This document shows, one piece after another, positions 47,503 to 58,403 of a DNA stretch of 64,000 nt. This DNA comes from an uncultured Candidatus Saccharibacteria bacterium. GTDB lineage: Bacteria > Patescibacteriota > Dojkabacteria > SC72. The position numbers and the translations under genes are program-made. Under the pieces are notes generated by a model. It was not told the origin of the DNA, did not search any database, and saw nothing but the letters and a program-made list of their open reading frames with translations. The DNA is taken from contig CAZZPP010000002.1 in assembly GCA_964655705.1 (NCBI GenBank), positions 32,231 to 96,230 of the forward strand, written 5' to 3'. Within the stretch, counting starts at the first letter, position 1; each line of letters opens with the position of its first letter.

Positions 47503-48474
47503 ATGAAAAAAGTAAAGAAAGTATTCCATGCATTTACCCTAGTAGAAGTTCTTGTTGTCCTATCCATATTCATCATACTCTCTGCTATTGGATTTAATGG
47601 GTTTTTAGCAATTAGAGAAACATTCATAGCTAAAGAAAATGTTGAATTAATCATTCAAGATATTAGATCTGCTAGATTAAAAGCAATGAATATGGAAAGA
47701 GGTGATGAATCTAATTGGATATATGGCTTTGGAATAGATTTTAGGAATGCAGATTGGAATTATGCGCGAAAGAATGGTTTGACTTCTGTTGGAGATTACA
47801 GAATGTTTAAATGGTGTGCTCCAGTATCAGAATACAAGCAGAGTATGGATCTAGCAGGGACAGACTATAACCTAACAGGAGGAGTATTACCTAATTATTA
47901 TACTGGTATCAATTTAGGCGTTGAAATTAATGGCGTATCACAATGCTATGAAGCTATCGACCCTTATATGAATGGAAGAATACCCTTTGACTGTGGTAAT
48001 GATGGCTATATAGATAGTTGTCAGGCAGGAAGTACTAGTCTTGTATCAATAGTTGGAGAGGGACTTACTCTCTTAGACAGAGAAGAAGAACAATTGCAGA
48101 TATATACTACTAGAGATGATAAGGGGGATTTTGACTTTATACCATCTTTCCTCTTTTTTGAATCTCTTACGGGTAGGACAATAATATATGATGATAATGG
48201 GATACCTCTTAACTATGATTTTGCACTTAATTTTACTTCAGACAGTTTTACTCCAGTTGATATCATTCTTCCAAGAATTAGGAGTGAGAAGTTTGATATG
48301 ATTACCATATATCCACTTTCTGGAGAAATTATCCATCATGTATACAGTAGTAGTGACTTGAATACTGATAACAGTTGCCCACCCGGTCGAGGTGGACTTG
48401 ACTGTATCCGCTTTGAAGGCAATACTTACAACAGATATGGTATTGAAGAAGAGATTAAATCATACAGGGATTAA
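47503..48474 (+). CDS. Pilin-like protein (minor pilin / pseudopilin), 323 aa
   Basis: N-terminus FHA|FTLVEVLVVLSIFIIL (Ala at -1, Glu+5) followed by a large globular domain with Cys pairs. Confidence 0.55.
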   Translation: MKKVKKVFHAFTLVEVLVVLSIFIILSAIGFNGFLAIRETFIAKENVELIIQDIRSARLKAMNMERGDESNWIYGFGIDFRNADWNYARKNGLTSVGDYRMFKWCAPVSEYKQSMDLAGTDYNLTGGVLPNYYTGINLGVEINGVSQCYEAIDPYMNGRIPFDCGNDGYIDSCQAGSTSLVSIVGEGLTLLDREEEQLQIYTTRDDKGDFDFIPSFLFFESLTGRTIIYDDNGIPLNYDFALNFTSDSFTPVDIILPRIRSEKFDMITIYPLSGEIIHHVYSSSDLNTDNSCPPGRGGLDCIRFEGNTYNRYGIEEEIKSYRD

Positions 48475-48476
48475 AT

Positions 48477-49058
48477 ATGGAAAAGAATGTAACAAAATAT
48501 TTGGGTATGGGTTTCGCAGAAAGTCTCATAGCCTTAATGATTGCTGGAATGGTTGGGATAGTATTAATGCAAATATCTGCTTCAACATTAAGAGAATTAG
48601 CACAGTTAGATATTGAGGATACAATTGCTAAGTATGCGGTTTCTACATCTGTAGATTTACAAAAAATTGCAATTCAAGATATGACTTTGGAAAAAGATGA
48701 AAGGCAGTTTGACATTACGACATTGGTTGAAAATTTCTGTTACAATATCGAACAGAATTCAGATACCACGCCAAGTCCAGGAGATTACTCTGTTCGTTTA
48801 AATACTGATTCTTCAGTTACATGTCCCGGAGAGGAAGGTGCTAGCAGAGAAAATTTTACAAAAATTCTTTCAGACAAAGATATTGATGGTGATGATAACT
48901 ATGACGAAACTGACTACTTTAGGGTACTTCGTGTTGTACGAATTGAAGAGAAGAGAGCTGTAGTTGAAGTTATTGTTGGTGTAACCAATATGGCTGGTGA
49001 ATTTACTACAAACAAGGATATTAGAGATTTTAGATATTTAGTAATTATTGCGTTATGA
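48477..49058 (+). CDS. Pilin-like protein with atypical prepilin motif
   Basis: LGMG|FAESLIALMIAGMVGIVLM: hydrophobic N-terminal helix, Glu at +3 rather than +5. Confidence 0.4.
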   Translation: MEKNVTKYLGMGFAESLIALMIAGMVGIVLMQISASTLRELAQLDIEDTIAKYAVSTSVDLQKIAIQDMTLEKDERQFDITTLVENFCYNIEQNSDTTPSPGDYSVRLNTDSSVTCPGEEGASRENFTKILSDKDIDGDDNYDETDYFRVLRVVRIEEKRAVVEVIVGVTNMAGEFTTNKDIRDFRYLVIIAL

Positions 49059-49762
49059 GAAAGAAAAGAAAAAAATATGAAGGCTTTAGTTTAGTTGAAA
49101 CACTATTTACCATAGTAATACTATCCATAGTGATGTTACTTGTTTCCACTACCCTAAATACTGTAATTAGAACATCACATACAGCAAATAGTAAGAATTT
49201 AGCACGGAGTAATATTAACTATGTCATGGAGACATATGACAGACTACTAAGCAATGCAAGATTAGATGATATACATATGTATGATTCTAGTACTTTTAGG
49301 ACATTTGGTTTTGCAAGGAGTCATCTTCCAGTTATACAAACTGATTCATTGGTAGATCCGGCTCCAAGATATGACCCTCTTGCAGAGTTGCTTGATGGAC
49401 AGGCGGGGAATGAAGTTCATGTTAAACTTTACGGTGTTCCTACGTGGACATGTATTGGGTATTTTGAGGATGATAAAGGGTATGGATATATTGTAAAAAC
49501 ATCGACTACTGCTGATTTAGATAATTACCCCTCAACCTGTTTTGATGAGTATGCCATTATTACTCTACTCCATTCATATGCTATTGATGTAGAGGATTTC
49601 TCTCTTAGTTACATTGATATTGGCGATGAGGAGAACAAGATGTTTATTATTAATGCACAATTTACTCCTTTATACTGGCCCATGAGAAGTACCTTTGATT
49701 TAGTAACCAGAGGTGTTTCTAGACAGTTAGTTGTATCTACTAGAGCATTGACAAGATATTAG
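49055..49762 (+). CDS. Minor pilin-like protein
   Basis: KKYEG|FSLVETLFTIVILSIVMLLV: canonical Gly-1/Glu+5 prepilin signal. Confidence 0.6.
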   Translation: MRKKRKKYEGFSLVETLFTIVILSIVMLLVSTTLNTVIRTSHTANSKNLARSNINYVMETYDRLLSNARLDDIHMYDSSTFRTFGFARSHLPVIQTDSLVDPAPRYDPLAELLDGQAGNEVHVKLYGVPTWTCIGYFEDDKGYGYIVKTSTTADLDNYPSTCFDEYAIITLLHSYAIDVEDFSLSYIDIGDEENKMFIINAQFTPLYWPMRSTFDLVTRGVSRQLVVSTRALTRY

Positions 49763-49803
49763 GGAAATGTTAGTTATATAATATATTTTATTATTGAAAT
49801 AAT

Positions 49804-50712
49804 ATGAAAAAATACTCAGGTCAAGCAATTGCCATTATTATGGTTGTATTAGTAGTAGCAGCAGTAATAGGAGCATCCTTGTATTCTAGGATGATTAGAA
49901 ACAAAGGGGAGGTTGTAGATACTAGAGAATCACAGATGGCACTTGAGTTATCTGGAAATGTCCTAGATGCGTTCATTACTTCAGATATACCACTACTCCA
50001 AGGGCATCTAGCGGGAGAGTTGAAGGGTGCTGACCTTAATAGAATTGATTTGATTAATTATGGTGAAATTGAATCCTTCCTTACTCCTGTTAACGCTGTT
50101 AGCTTAGATGAGGTAACCCAAAACTATACTTCATGTTCTGAGCCTACTGTTTCAATTACCTATGCAGGGGAACAAGACGGTATTGTATATGGGGTTGGAC
50201 AGGTAATGGCTATACACATTGAACCTGACAATCCACCTCCTGGTGGATGTGTTGCAGCCCTTAATTTCTCAGGGGCTTCTGGGGGTTCACAACTATTTAC
50301 TGTGAAGAAAGTATATATGGATCGCACGAGTAAAGCTGTAGAGCCATATGAATTAGATGACATGCTACTGTATTGTATTAACCAACCTTGTACAGATATT
50401 GTTTCTCCAGAGGTCTCAATAGAAGCTAATTTCGGTAATACTGGTACTCTCTCATATAATTTTGATTCTTTAACTAATATCTATGAAATTAGAGTACTTC
50501 CTTTAAAAGGAGATATTAAGATAGCAGTGGATGGAAATGAATATTGTGGTGACTATCTTAACAACTATCTTGTTACCGCATCAGCTACATGTACAAATCA
50601 GGAAAGAACAATGGAAGTAGTTATTCCAAATGCTGTAAATATTGGATACCCTGCTCTCTTTGATTACACAATATACAATGCTAATGGAACATTAACTCCA
50701 TTTAATCAGTAA
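49804..50712 (+). CDS. Pilus-associated exported protein with N-terminal hydrophobic anchor (possible PilX-like minor pilin)
   Basis: MKKYSG|QAIAIIMVVLVVAAVIGA N-terminus, no Glu+5. Cys-containing globular domain. Confidence 0.35.
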   Translation: MKKYSGQAIAIIMVVLVVAAVIGASLYSRMIRNKGEVVDTRESQMALELSGNVLDAFITSDIPLLQGHLAGELKGADLNRIDLINYGEIESFLTPVNAVSLDEVTQNYTSCSEPTVSITYAGEQDGIVYGVGQVMAIHIEPDNPPPGGCVAALNFSGASGGSQLFTVKKVYMDRTSKAVEPYELDDMLLYCINQPCTDIVSPEVSIEANFGNTGTLSYNFDSLTNIYEIRVLPLKGDIKIAVDGNEYCGDYLNNYLVTASATCTNQERTMEVVIPNAVNIGYPALFDYTIYNANGTLTPFNQ

Positions 50713-50747
50713 ATTTAATTATTCTAATTTTTAAATATATACATAAC

Positions 50748-51131
50748 ATGGCAGATAGTAAAAAAATATTGATAGTAGAGGATGAAGTAGCTCTCTTAGA
50801 CTCATATGCTGAATTAGTAGAAACAGCAGGATATGTCCCTATGAAAGCCTCTGATGGATATCAGGCTTTAGATTTGCTAACAAACAACTTAGATCAGATT
50901 GATTTAGTGCTTCTTGATTTAATGATGCCTGGTGTAGATGGATTGGAAGTATTAAAAACAATTAAGAACAATGAAGAGAAATATGGGAAGATGCCAATAG
51001 TTGTATTAACAAATATGACTAGTGAATCAGTTGTTAAAGAGGCCTTCAATATTGGTGCAACCTCTTACTTAGTAAAAACAGATTTAGATTATGAGGGGTT
51101 AGTTAAAGAATTGAGTAAATTCTTTGGTTAA
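50748..51131 (+). CDS. Stand-alone CheY-like response-regulator receiver domain
   Basis: KILIVEDE..DLVLLDLMMPGVDG (phospho-acceptor Asp)..IVVLTN..T..KxxxVVK(K). Confidence 0.85.
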   Translation: MADSKKILIVEDEVALLDSYAELVETAGYVPMKASDGYQALDLLTNNLDQIDLVLLDLMMPGVDGLEVLKTIKNNEEKYGKMPIVVLTNMTSESVVKEAFNIGATSYLVKTDLDYEGLVKELSKFFG

Positions 51132-51155
51132 TATTAAATTTTAAATAGTAATCTT

Positions 51156-51713
51156 GTGGGAAAAAAGATGATTCTTTCTAAGAAAATGATCGTAAGAATA
51201 CTTTCAGTATTCTTTGGATTACTATTCCTTTTAGTAGCCGTATGGTTAGCAAGATCTTTCTTTTCAATGAAGAGTAATACTCCCCATCTTAAGACAGAGA
51301 TTGATTTAGAAGAGGACATATTTGCGAAAAAGGTACTACCAGAATCTACTACGAAGGAGGGTAAATATATATTATACAAATATCCTGTTTCTTTCTTTGA
51401 TATCTCCTTTGAGAAAGATGAGTATGTATTAAGTACTTTAGCAGTAAATTTTGAAGAGTATTTTGAAGATGTAGAGAATGCTAAGTTTAGATACTCTCTA
51501 GAGAAAGAGAAAGGAGAGTTTGATTTTACTCAATTAGAGTGGATGCAGCCAGTATATTTAACTCGTATGTATAGGGTAGAGAATAATTTCAAATATTTTG
51601 TTGAGTACTCTTTATGTACATTAAGAGAATTTTTTGGAAAAGAGGGGAAGTATGGTAAGGGTATATGTGTAATAGAGAGAGATTTAAGTAAATGGGAGAT
51701 TGAGATTATATAA
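51156..51713 (+). CDS. Hypothetical membrane-anchored protein
   Basis: N-terminal TM (ILSVFFGLLFLLVAVWLA), no motifs. Confidence 0.4.
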   Translation: MGKKMILSKKMIVRILSVFFGLLFLLVAVWLARSFFSMKSNTPHLKTEIDLEEDIFAKKVLPESTTKEGKYILYKYPVSFFDISFEKDEYVLSTLAVNFEEYFEDVENAKFRYSLEKEKGEFDFTQLEWMQPVYLTRMYRVENNFKYFVEYSLCTLREFFGKEGKYGKGICVIERDLSKWEIEII

Positions 51714-51732
51714 TAAATAAATATATACAAAT

Positions 51733-54243
51733 ATGAAAATAACAAAAAGAGTGCTATATAGTATCCCAATTCTAATCCTTTTTCTTTCATTAATACCTTT
51801 GTCATTAATATTTAGAAATCGAGTTTATGCGTGTAATCAGGTTTGTTGTAATGATGGGGATGCTAGTTATCCAGAATGGGTAGCATCTTGTGGAAGTCCA
51901 AACGTGAGTTATAGGGATACCGGATGTGAATGTGGGTCTCATGATGCTGGGTGTGATTGCTTAGAAATCCCCGTCCCTGAAGTAGGAGTTTGCAGAAATG
52001 GCACACAACAATGCTGTAGCCCGACATGGTGTAAACCTGATACCCCACCCTGTGTATTATGTACTCCCACCTGTCCTTCCCCATTTCGTGGTACCCCACC
52101 AGTTAATCCTCCTGATAGCCCAGATTTGTATAAGTATGAAAAAATAGGTTCTTGTAATAATACTAATTGTGCTGAGGCAAAATCTTACAAAACATGTTAT
52201 GAACCCATGAGTCCTCAACCCGATCCTTCCCTTAATATCCATCCTGAAAAAATTAAAACTTCATTAGGTTTCACCTCTGACTACTATACAGGAGGAGGAA
52301 GATATACTGAAGATAAGGATGATACAGTCAATGATTTCTATGCATATTCAACTGTAAGATATTCTGCAAAAGAGGATCTCTTCTATATTACAGCCATATA
52401 TACAGATTTAGATAACCCAATAGAAGCAGCATATATATGGTTTAACCAATCAGCTACCAAACCTGCTACTCCACAGCTATTTGATTTCTTAAATGATACA
52501 ACACCTTCAAGTTATGGCTACGGTACTGATAATCAATTCGGTTTCATGATCCATCGTAATCTTGCAAATAATGGAGAAGTAAAACCATATGTATTCGCCC
52601 AAGGAACTTGGGATAAGCCTCTAAATTCAACTACTAGAGATGGGATAACAATCTTTTCTTTACCATATGACAATACCAGTTCAATGGCCAATATCCTACT
52701 CTACTCTGTTGTACCAAGTAATGATGGAAAGACTCTAACAATGGAATTTAGTGTTAGTTTTAAAAATGATACAACAGGAGATCTACTAAGTAATAGACCT
52801 GCAGAGGGTCAGTACAATATATGGTTAATGGCAAATGATACATTTGGTTTTACTCCATACAATTACTATAAATCTCCACCCGCTGCAGCCATTGTAGTAC
52901 AGAAGGTGAATGTTAGGTGGATAAATGATGAGAAAATAAGATATTATAATCAATGGATCACTAATGGTGATAAATGGAATCTAAACTTTCTTTCACCTGG
53001 TATAAACTTTGGAACCTCTCCTGAGGGAACTACAAAAGTTAAACTTACATGGGATTATCTAGATAATGATTTTAGCGATATGGTTTTAAATATGTATAAA
53101 AGCCCAGATTTAAATATAGGGGATATTAGAAGTGATGATTTAGGTGCTTTTTCTACAAATGGTGGTACAACGTATTTGAATAGTAATTTTGAATTAAAAG
53201 GGGATCAATCTGCTGACACTATTGGGCATCTTAATGCTACTGAAAGCAACTATCTCTTTAAAATAAGTGGAGGTACTGGAGATGGTTCAGTTAATCTAGA
53301 TTTGGGAAATGATGTAGGACAGGGTTCATTGTATTTCTATGTAACTGCTTTTGACAAGGGGGGTAATATTAACGCTCAAAGCCAAGTTGAGTTAGATTTA
53401 AGAGACTGGATGATTACTCAAGGGGGATTACTTAAGGCAAATGATATTAAAGTAGATACAGACAAAGAAATCGTTGGCACATGGAGTGGTATCAACTATC
53501 TGAATAGAATATCTAAAGAGAGTGTAGATATAAGTACAGAGTTAGCAGGTATTGGAAGTAACTCTTCTGTATACTCTTTAAAGAGTTCGAGTATTGGATC
53601 CTACCTTATAAAACCTTTTGAAGTAGTAAATCCTGATGATGGCTACTATACTACATACAAAATACTCTTTGACAGGAGAAAGGATTCACTAGATATTCAG
53701 GATTTAGGAAATATCGCTTCACTCGAGAATTCTTTAAACACAGATGAAGGGAAGATTGCTGTGGGAGAATCTCAAGGGGATTTAACTGTAGACAAGAATT
53801 TTGAATGTAATGGACAAGGTATATTCTTTGTTGCTGGGAATCTAATTGTTGATGATAAAATTTCAAATGGTAAAGAGAACAAAGATGCATGTATTTTCAT
53901 TGTAAAAGGTGATGTTACTATTAAAGATGAACCTGGAGATAGTACTTTTGGTTATGATGTTATTAATATGTATTTACTAACTGATGGGAAGATAACTATT
54001 CAGAAGGCAACAGGGGGTACAGTCTATGATGGTCTATACATTAGTGGAGGTGTACATACTCTTATGCAAGAAGCAGATGGTACTATGGCTTTGGAAATGA
54101 AAAGAACACTTCAGGTTGCAAACAGATTAAGATATCCTGCTTTAGTAGTTAATCATCATTCTAAATATGGATTACTAGGTGGTAGGGTATTTGGTTCTGA
54201 GTCACAGATGCAAGAGGTAGAGGTAGGTGTTACTGGGTATTAA
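51733..54243 (+). CDS. Large secreted Cys-rich protein (paralog A), candidate pilus-associated adhesin
   Basis: Signal peptide. About 20 Cys in the first 120 mature residues. Middle and C-terminal blocks are homologous to the 1019-aa paralog (GFMIHR/GFMLRR, FGFTPYNYY/FSFTPYDNY, CIFIVKGDVTI/CIFLVEGDVSI, HSKYGLLGG/HPKYGVLGG). Confidence 0.55.
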   Translation: MKITKRVLYSIPILILFLSLIPLSLIFRNRVYACNQVCCNDGDASYPEWVASCGSPNVSYRDTGCECGSHDAGCDCLEIPVPEVGVCRNGTQQCCSPTWCKPDTPPCVLCTPTCPSPFRGTPPVNPPDSPDLYKYEKIGSCNNTNCAEAKSYKTCYEPMSPQPDPSLNIHPEKIKTSLGFTSDYYTGGGRYTEDKDDTVNDFYAYSTVRYSAKEDLFYITAIYTDLDNPIEAAYIWFNQSATKPATPQLFDFLNDTTPSSYGYGTDNQFGFMIHRNLANNGEVKPYVFAQGTWDKPLNSTTRDGITIFSLPYDNTSSMANILLYSVVPSNDGKTLTMEFSVSFKNDTTGDLLSNRPAEGQYNIWLMANDTFGFTPYNYYKSPPAAAIVVQKVNVRWINDEKIRYYNQWITNGDKWNLNFLSPGINFGTSPEGTTKVKLTWDYLDNDFSDMVLNMYKSPDLNIGDIRSDDLGAFSTNGGTTYLNSNFELKGDQSADTIGHLNATESNYLFKISGGTGDGSVNLDLGNDVGQGSLYFYVTAFDKGGNINAQSQVELDLRDWMITQGGLLKANDIKVDTDKEIVGTWSGINYLNRISKESVDISTELAGIGSNSSVYSLKSSSIGSYLIKPFEVVNPDDGYYTTYKILFDRRKDSLDIQDLGNIASLENSLNTDEGKIAVGESQGDLTVDKNFECNGQGIFFVAGNLIVDDKISNGKENKDACIFIVKGDVTIKDEPGDSTFGYDVINMYLLTDGKITIQKATGGTVYDGLYISGGVHTLMQEADGTMALEMKRTLQVANRLRYPALVVNHHSKYGLLGGRVFGSESQMQEVEVGVTGY

Positions 54244-54268
54244 GAATATATATTAATTTAGAAGAATT

Positions 54269-55285
54269 ATGAAAAGTCCTTTTAAAATCTCTAAAAAATT
54301 AATGTTTATATTGGTCTTGATTCTTTTAGTTTCTTTGGTGTTGGTATCCAGTCTACTTATTGATATTACAAAAAGAAAGAAAGAACAGGTCGAGGGGTAT
54401 GCCCTTTTTGGAGATTTTGTACTCTATGACGAAGTCTCAAAGTACCCTCCTCTAGTGGGTTGCCTAATCAATGTCGAAGGGTTTAGTAATATGTGTTTTA
54501 AAGTTAAGAATCAAGGATTTTACAAAGCAGATTTCTTAGGCGCATACCCTGATGTTCAACTCCTTCCTAGTGGTTTTTATATATTTGAATTTAGTGAGAA
54601 ATCATTAAGAGAATATTCTGTAGATAGAGATGAATTATTTGAAAAGTGGTATACAGAATTAGTTAATGCTCAAGATGAATTTAGTAAAGAGGTCGGTGGT
54701 GTAAGGCATGTAGATGCATATAATTTGGGCCAGTTAAGAAATATTCAGATGTCTAAAGGGGATCTCTCCTCTGATGATTATAAGGCCGAAATGGATGGAT
54801 ATGTAGGAAAGGAATACAACATTCTCTTTCCGATGAAATACTCGGATTTTGATTATACTTGTAGCATCTCGAAGGATATGTGCTCATTTTGGGAAAGGAA
54901 ACAATCAATCCCCTATTCAATTATAGAGGATTTTAATGACAATCCTGAGTTTGATTTTGAGAATAAGAAGTTAATTTACTCAAGTGTTGGGATATTAATT
55001 AGAGGTCTTAACTCTTTGAATACAAGTACATTTGAGAATGATTATATGCTTCTTGAGTATGAAGAATTCATGGCAAATTTGCTTGAAAAATCCGAATTCG
55101 AATCAAGAGATAAGGTCCTATTTATGGGAGAGTACATTCCTTTCTTCCTTCTTGATTTATTAGACACCTTCTATGAAAATTGGGAAGGGGAATCTCGAGA
55201 CTACTACCTTCTTCTTCTTGATTCTTCCTGTGGAAGCGAAGAATGCTTAGAAATTAAACTTAATATTCTCTATGATGCATACTAG
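54269..55285 (+). CDS. Hypothetical membrane-anchored protein between the two paralogs
   Basis: N-terminal TM, Cys-containing. 338 aa, no motifs. Confidence 0.4.
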   Translation: MKSPFKISKKLMFILVLILLVSLVLVSSLLIDITKRKKEQVEGYALFGDFVLYDEVSKYPPLVGCLINVEGFSNMCFKVKNQGFYKADFLGAYPDVQLLPSGFYIFEFSEKSLREYSVDRDELFEKWYTELVNAQDEFSKEVGGVRHVDAYNLGQLRNIQMSKGDLSSDDYKAEMDGYVGKEYNILFPMKYSDFDYTCSISKDMCSFWERKQSIPYSIIEDFNDNPEFDFENKKLIYSSVGILIRGLNSLNTSTFENDYMLLEYEEFMANLLEKSEFESRDKVLFMGEYIPFFLLDLLDTFYENWEGESRDYYLLLLDSSCGSEECLEIKLNILYDAY

Positions 55286-58200
55286 GATTAGGTATCCGCT
55301 TTTACTATTTTTTTTGTCTGTACTTCTTTTTTCGGTATCAGCTACAACTAGTGTATATGCATATCCATATTGTTCAAAAGGCATGTGTGTGGAAGGGTTT
55401 ACTCCTGGGACGTGCTTTCCCGAGGCTTGCATGTCCTCCTGTGTACAAGATTGTTATCCAGATAATTGTGACACAAGTGATTTCTGTGGGGGTAAAAAAT
55501 ATTATCAAAGTGCCGAGTGTTGTACCGCCGGTTCAGTTGACTGGGGTGGGACCTGTACTCAGGACTGCGATTGTACTGAGAGTTGTTGTGACCCATCTAC
55601 AACCTGTTCATGCTCATCCCCATATACAAACAGTTCTACAGGTTATGGGTCCTTTGGTATAAGTTGTGGTGATGGGTGTGGAGGAACAGCATATGACAAC
55701 TGTTACTGTCAAAGTAATTGTACTCCTCCCTCATGTCCAGATGGGACTTCAGGAACTGCATCAACACCTGTTTCTCCAATGTATTCTGTACCATCTGGTA
55801 GTTCTGACTATTATTCTTCTCCGAGTTGTACTAACTATTGTAATAAATCCAATGATAGGGATTGTTACTGTGATATATGTTTGCCTCCTACCTGTGAGGA
55901 AGTTAATTATTTTTCTGCAAAGCAGTATGACGATCTAAACGATTACCAAGGAGAAGTCCCATATGGTAAAACAGCAAGCTGTAGAAACGGAGAGGGCTTA
56001 CCCGTTGCAAATCAAACTGCTAATTGTTCCAAAACATATAGGACTTGTTACTGTACATCCTGTCTAAAGAATTGCCCTTTAGGTCTGTATAATACATCCC
56101 AGTCTCTTTCACCTCTCCCTAACCTCATATTAGAAAGTTTTAGGGAATGTACTAATGATTGTGATGTTAAACCTGACGAATCAATTGATGACTGTTATGA
56201 AGCACCATCTCCTCAACCTGAAGGAATCTTCAGTATAGTGACAGATGGCCCTGCTCCTAATCCAAATGGGTACAACTTCTTAAGCCTAACTCACACAGGA
56301 GATCGCCTGAGTTTAGGTAGTAAAGTTGGGAATCTAAATGACCCCCTACTCCCAATTAAAATGGAAGCTAAATTTACAGATAGTAATGGAGCAAGTGATA
56401 TAGAAGGGATGTTTGTATGGTTTAGGGAAAAAGAATATGATGGTACAACATTAAACTCCCCCATATATATTAATACAGGTAAAACACCACAAGCACCAAC
56501 AAATAATAGTTGGGGTTTTATGCTCAGAAGAGTTGGTGCCGATTGGGTACCATATGTCCCCTCCTTTAGACCTTCTAATCCAAACCTAGAACCACATTGG
56601 ACACCAGCAGCCTTAGAAGACCCAGCCACCTATTTCAAGAAATTTTACATTGCTGGTTCTGATGGGAATAGGATGGTTCAAGTTACAATTCTGGACGATC
56701 CAGTCATTGGTCTTAATGATGTAACAATGACATTCAGTTTAGCATTTTCTAATTCTGAGGGTTCGTTATTTACGGATGCTGTAGGAGAAGGAGATTACAA
56801 CATACTACTACTAGGATTAGACAAATTCAGTTTTACTCCATATGATAACTATCCCCCATCAGGTGCAGGATGGAACTTTGCAGACTACTGGTCAACAGGC
56901 TATCTGTATGATTCATACACTGATTTTAGTCCTTTCTGGAAGTCTGACCAATTAAGATACAGAGCAACCCCAACCCCAGCCCAAACATACGCTAGAGCAT
57001 GGAAAGATACAGGAGAGAATTGGGTAATAGATAGGACGCCACCTGTAATAGACAATTTCGTAGTAGAAAAAGCTGATGTTGAGGGTAATAAATTGAAGAT
57101 AAAATGGCAAGTCCATGATAATATTCAGAGTAATAACCCAGGAAACCTCTATACTGTTGTTGGGAATATCTTCTCATCTTCAGGATCACTTGCAAGGCAG
57201 ATAACTCTGTCACCGAAAGACTTGGGTATATCAGTAAAGGAAACCTTTGTCCCTGTAGGAGTATCCGATGATGTGATTGGTCTCATCAATGGCTACTGGT
57301 CTTTTAGAGTTAACCCAAATATTAACTCTTCAATAAACAGTGGTATTGTAGAGGTTGATATTGGTGAGAACACATCAGGAATATTCTCTTTCTACCTAAC
57401 AGTATTTGATGATGCCGGGAATACTACTCATTTTTCTCAAGTAGATTTTAATCTTGCAGATTGGTTTGCTACAGCAGGAGGTTTGGCTTACTCTGAGGAC
57501 GGCTCTTTGTTTTCAACAAAAGAAGGTGTAGCTTTCGGTGGGCTCTTTCCACCCTACACTACCCCAGTTAACCCTGGTCTGACCCAAGACACTGCAGATT
57601 CCTCAAGTGAACTTTGGGGAACTTTAATAGATACTTTGTCAGCACCAGTTAAGAGTCTTTCTTCTAGTTACAATATCACTAATTACAGAGGTAATGGATT
57701 AAACCTAGGATACTACTTTACATTAATGAAAGCATATGAACAGAACAAGAGTAAGATAGAGGACCAGTTATATGAACAAACTTTTGATCCTCCGTCCTCT
57801 CTTTCCTCTCTTGCTTCTGAAGTTACTACATACTGTGCTCTCCATTATACTGGAGACCTAACAGTCAATTCTAATTTTGTATGTAACAAACCAACCTTAA
57901 TTACAGTAAAAGGAAATCTAAAACTAAATCCCCCCATATTAAGTGCATCCCCAGATGCTATCCACTCCTCAAATGGCTGTATATTCTTGGTAGAAGGAGA
58001 TGTATCAATTAATCCTGGAGGACAGGTTTCTGACAATACTAATCTTGGATATGACAAGGTACATGCATATATACTTGCAGATGGTCAGATTACTATTGAA
58101 GGGGAAGATACAAATGCAACAATAATGGATGGACTATATATTAATGGAGGACTGAACTCTTCGTATATTGGGGATTTAAGTATTAAAGTGGATAGATATC

Positions 58201-58331
58201 TATGGTTAAAACAGAGATTAGACTTTCCAGTACTAGCTATAGACTATCATCCAAAGTATGGAGTATTGGGAGGTATATTTTTTGGCTATGATTATGTAAT
58301 GCAGCCTGTTGAGGTAGGTCCAAAGCCATAG
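55272..58331 (+). CDS. Large secreted Cys-rich protein (paralog B), candidate pilus-associated adhesin
   Basis: Signal peptide MMHTRIRYPLLLFFLSVLLFSVSATTSVYA. More than 60 Cys in the first 300 residues. Shared C-terminal domain with paralog A. Confidence 0.55.
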   Translation: MMHTRIRYPLLLFFLSVLLFSVSATTSVYAYPYCSKGMCVEGFTPGTCFPEACMSSCVQDCYPDNCDTSDFCGGKKYYQSAECCTAGSVDWGGTCTQDCDCTESCCDPSTTCSCSSPYTNSSTGYGSFGISCGDGCGGTAYDNCYCQSNCTPPSCPDGTSGTASTPVSPMYSVPSGSSDYYSSPSCTNYCNKSNDRDCYCDICLPPTCEEVNYFSAKQYDDLNDYQGEVPYGKTASCRNGEGLPVANQTANCSKTYRTCYCTSCLKNCPLGLYNTSQSLSPLPNLILESFRECTNDCDVKPDESIDDCYEAPSPQPEGIFSIVTDGPAPNPNGYNFLSLTHTGDRLSLGSKVGNLNDPLLPIKMEAKFTDSNGASDIEGMFVWFREKEYDGTTLNSPIYINTGKTPQAPTNNSWGFMLRRVGADWVPYVPSFRPSNPNLEPHWTPAALEDPATYFKKFYIAGSDGNRMVQVTILDDPVIGLNDVTMTFSLAFSNSEGSLFTDAVGEGDYNILLLGLDKFSFTPYDNYPPSGAGWNFADYWSTGYLYDSYTDFSPFWKSDQLRYRATPTPAQTYARAWKDTGENWVIDRTPPVIDNFVVEKADVEGNKLKIKWQVHDNIQSNNPGNLYTVVGNIFSSSGSLARQITLSPKDLGISVKETFVPVGVSDDVIGLINGYWSFRVNPNINSSINSGIVEVDIGENTSGIFSFYLTVFDDAGNTTHFSQVDFNLADWFATAGGLAYSEDGSLFSTKEGVAFGGLFPPYTTPVNPGLTQDTADSSSELWGTLIDTLSAPVKSLSSSYNITNYRGNGLNLGYYFTLMKAYEQNKSKIEDQLYEQTFDPPSSLSSLASEVTTYCALHYTGDLTVNSNFVCNKPTLITVKGNLKLNPPILSASPDAIHSSNGCIFLVEGDVSINPGGQVSDNTNLGYDKVHAYILADGQITIEGEDTNATIMDGLYINGGLNSSYIGDLSIKVDRYLWLKQRLDFPVLAIDYHPKYGVLGGIFFGYDYVMQPVEVGPKP

Positions 58332-58403
58332 TATGTAATTGATTTTAAAGATTGTTAAATATCTGCTATTATATTAGTAGTCATAATTTAACTGTCCATT
58401 AAT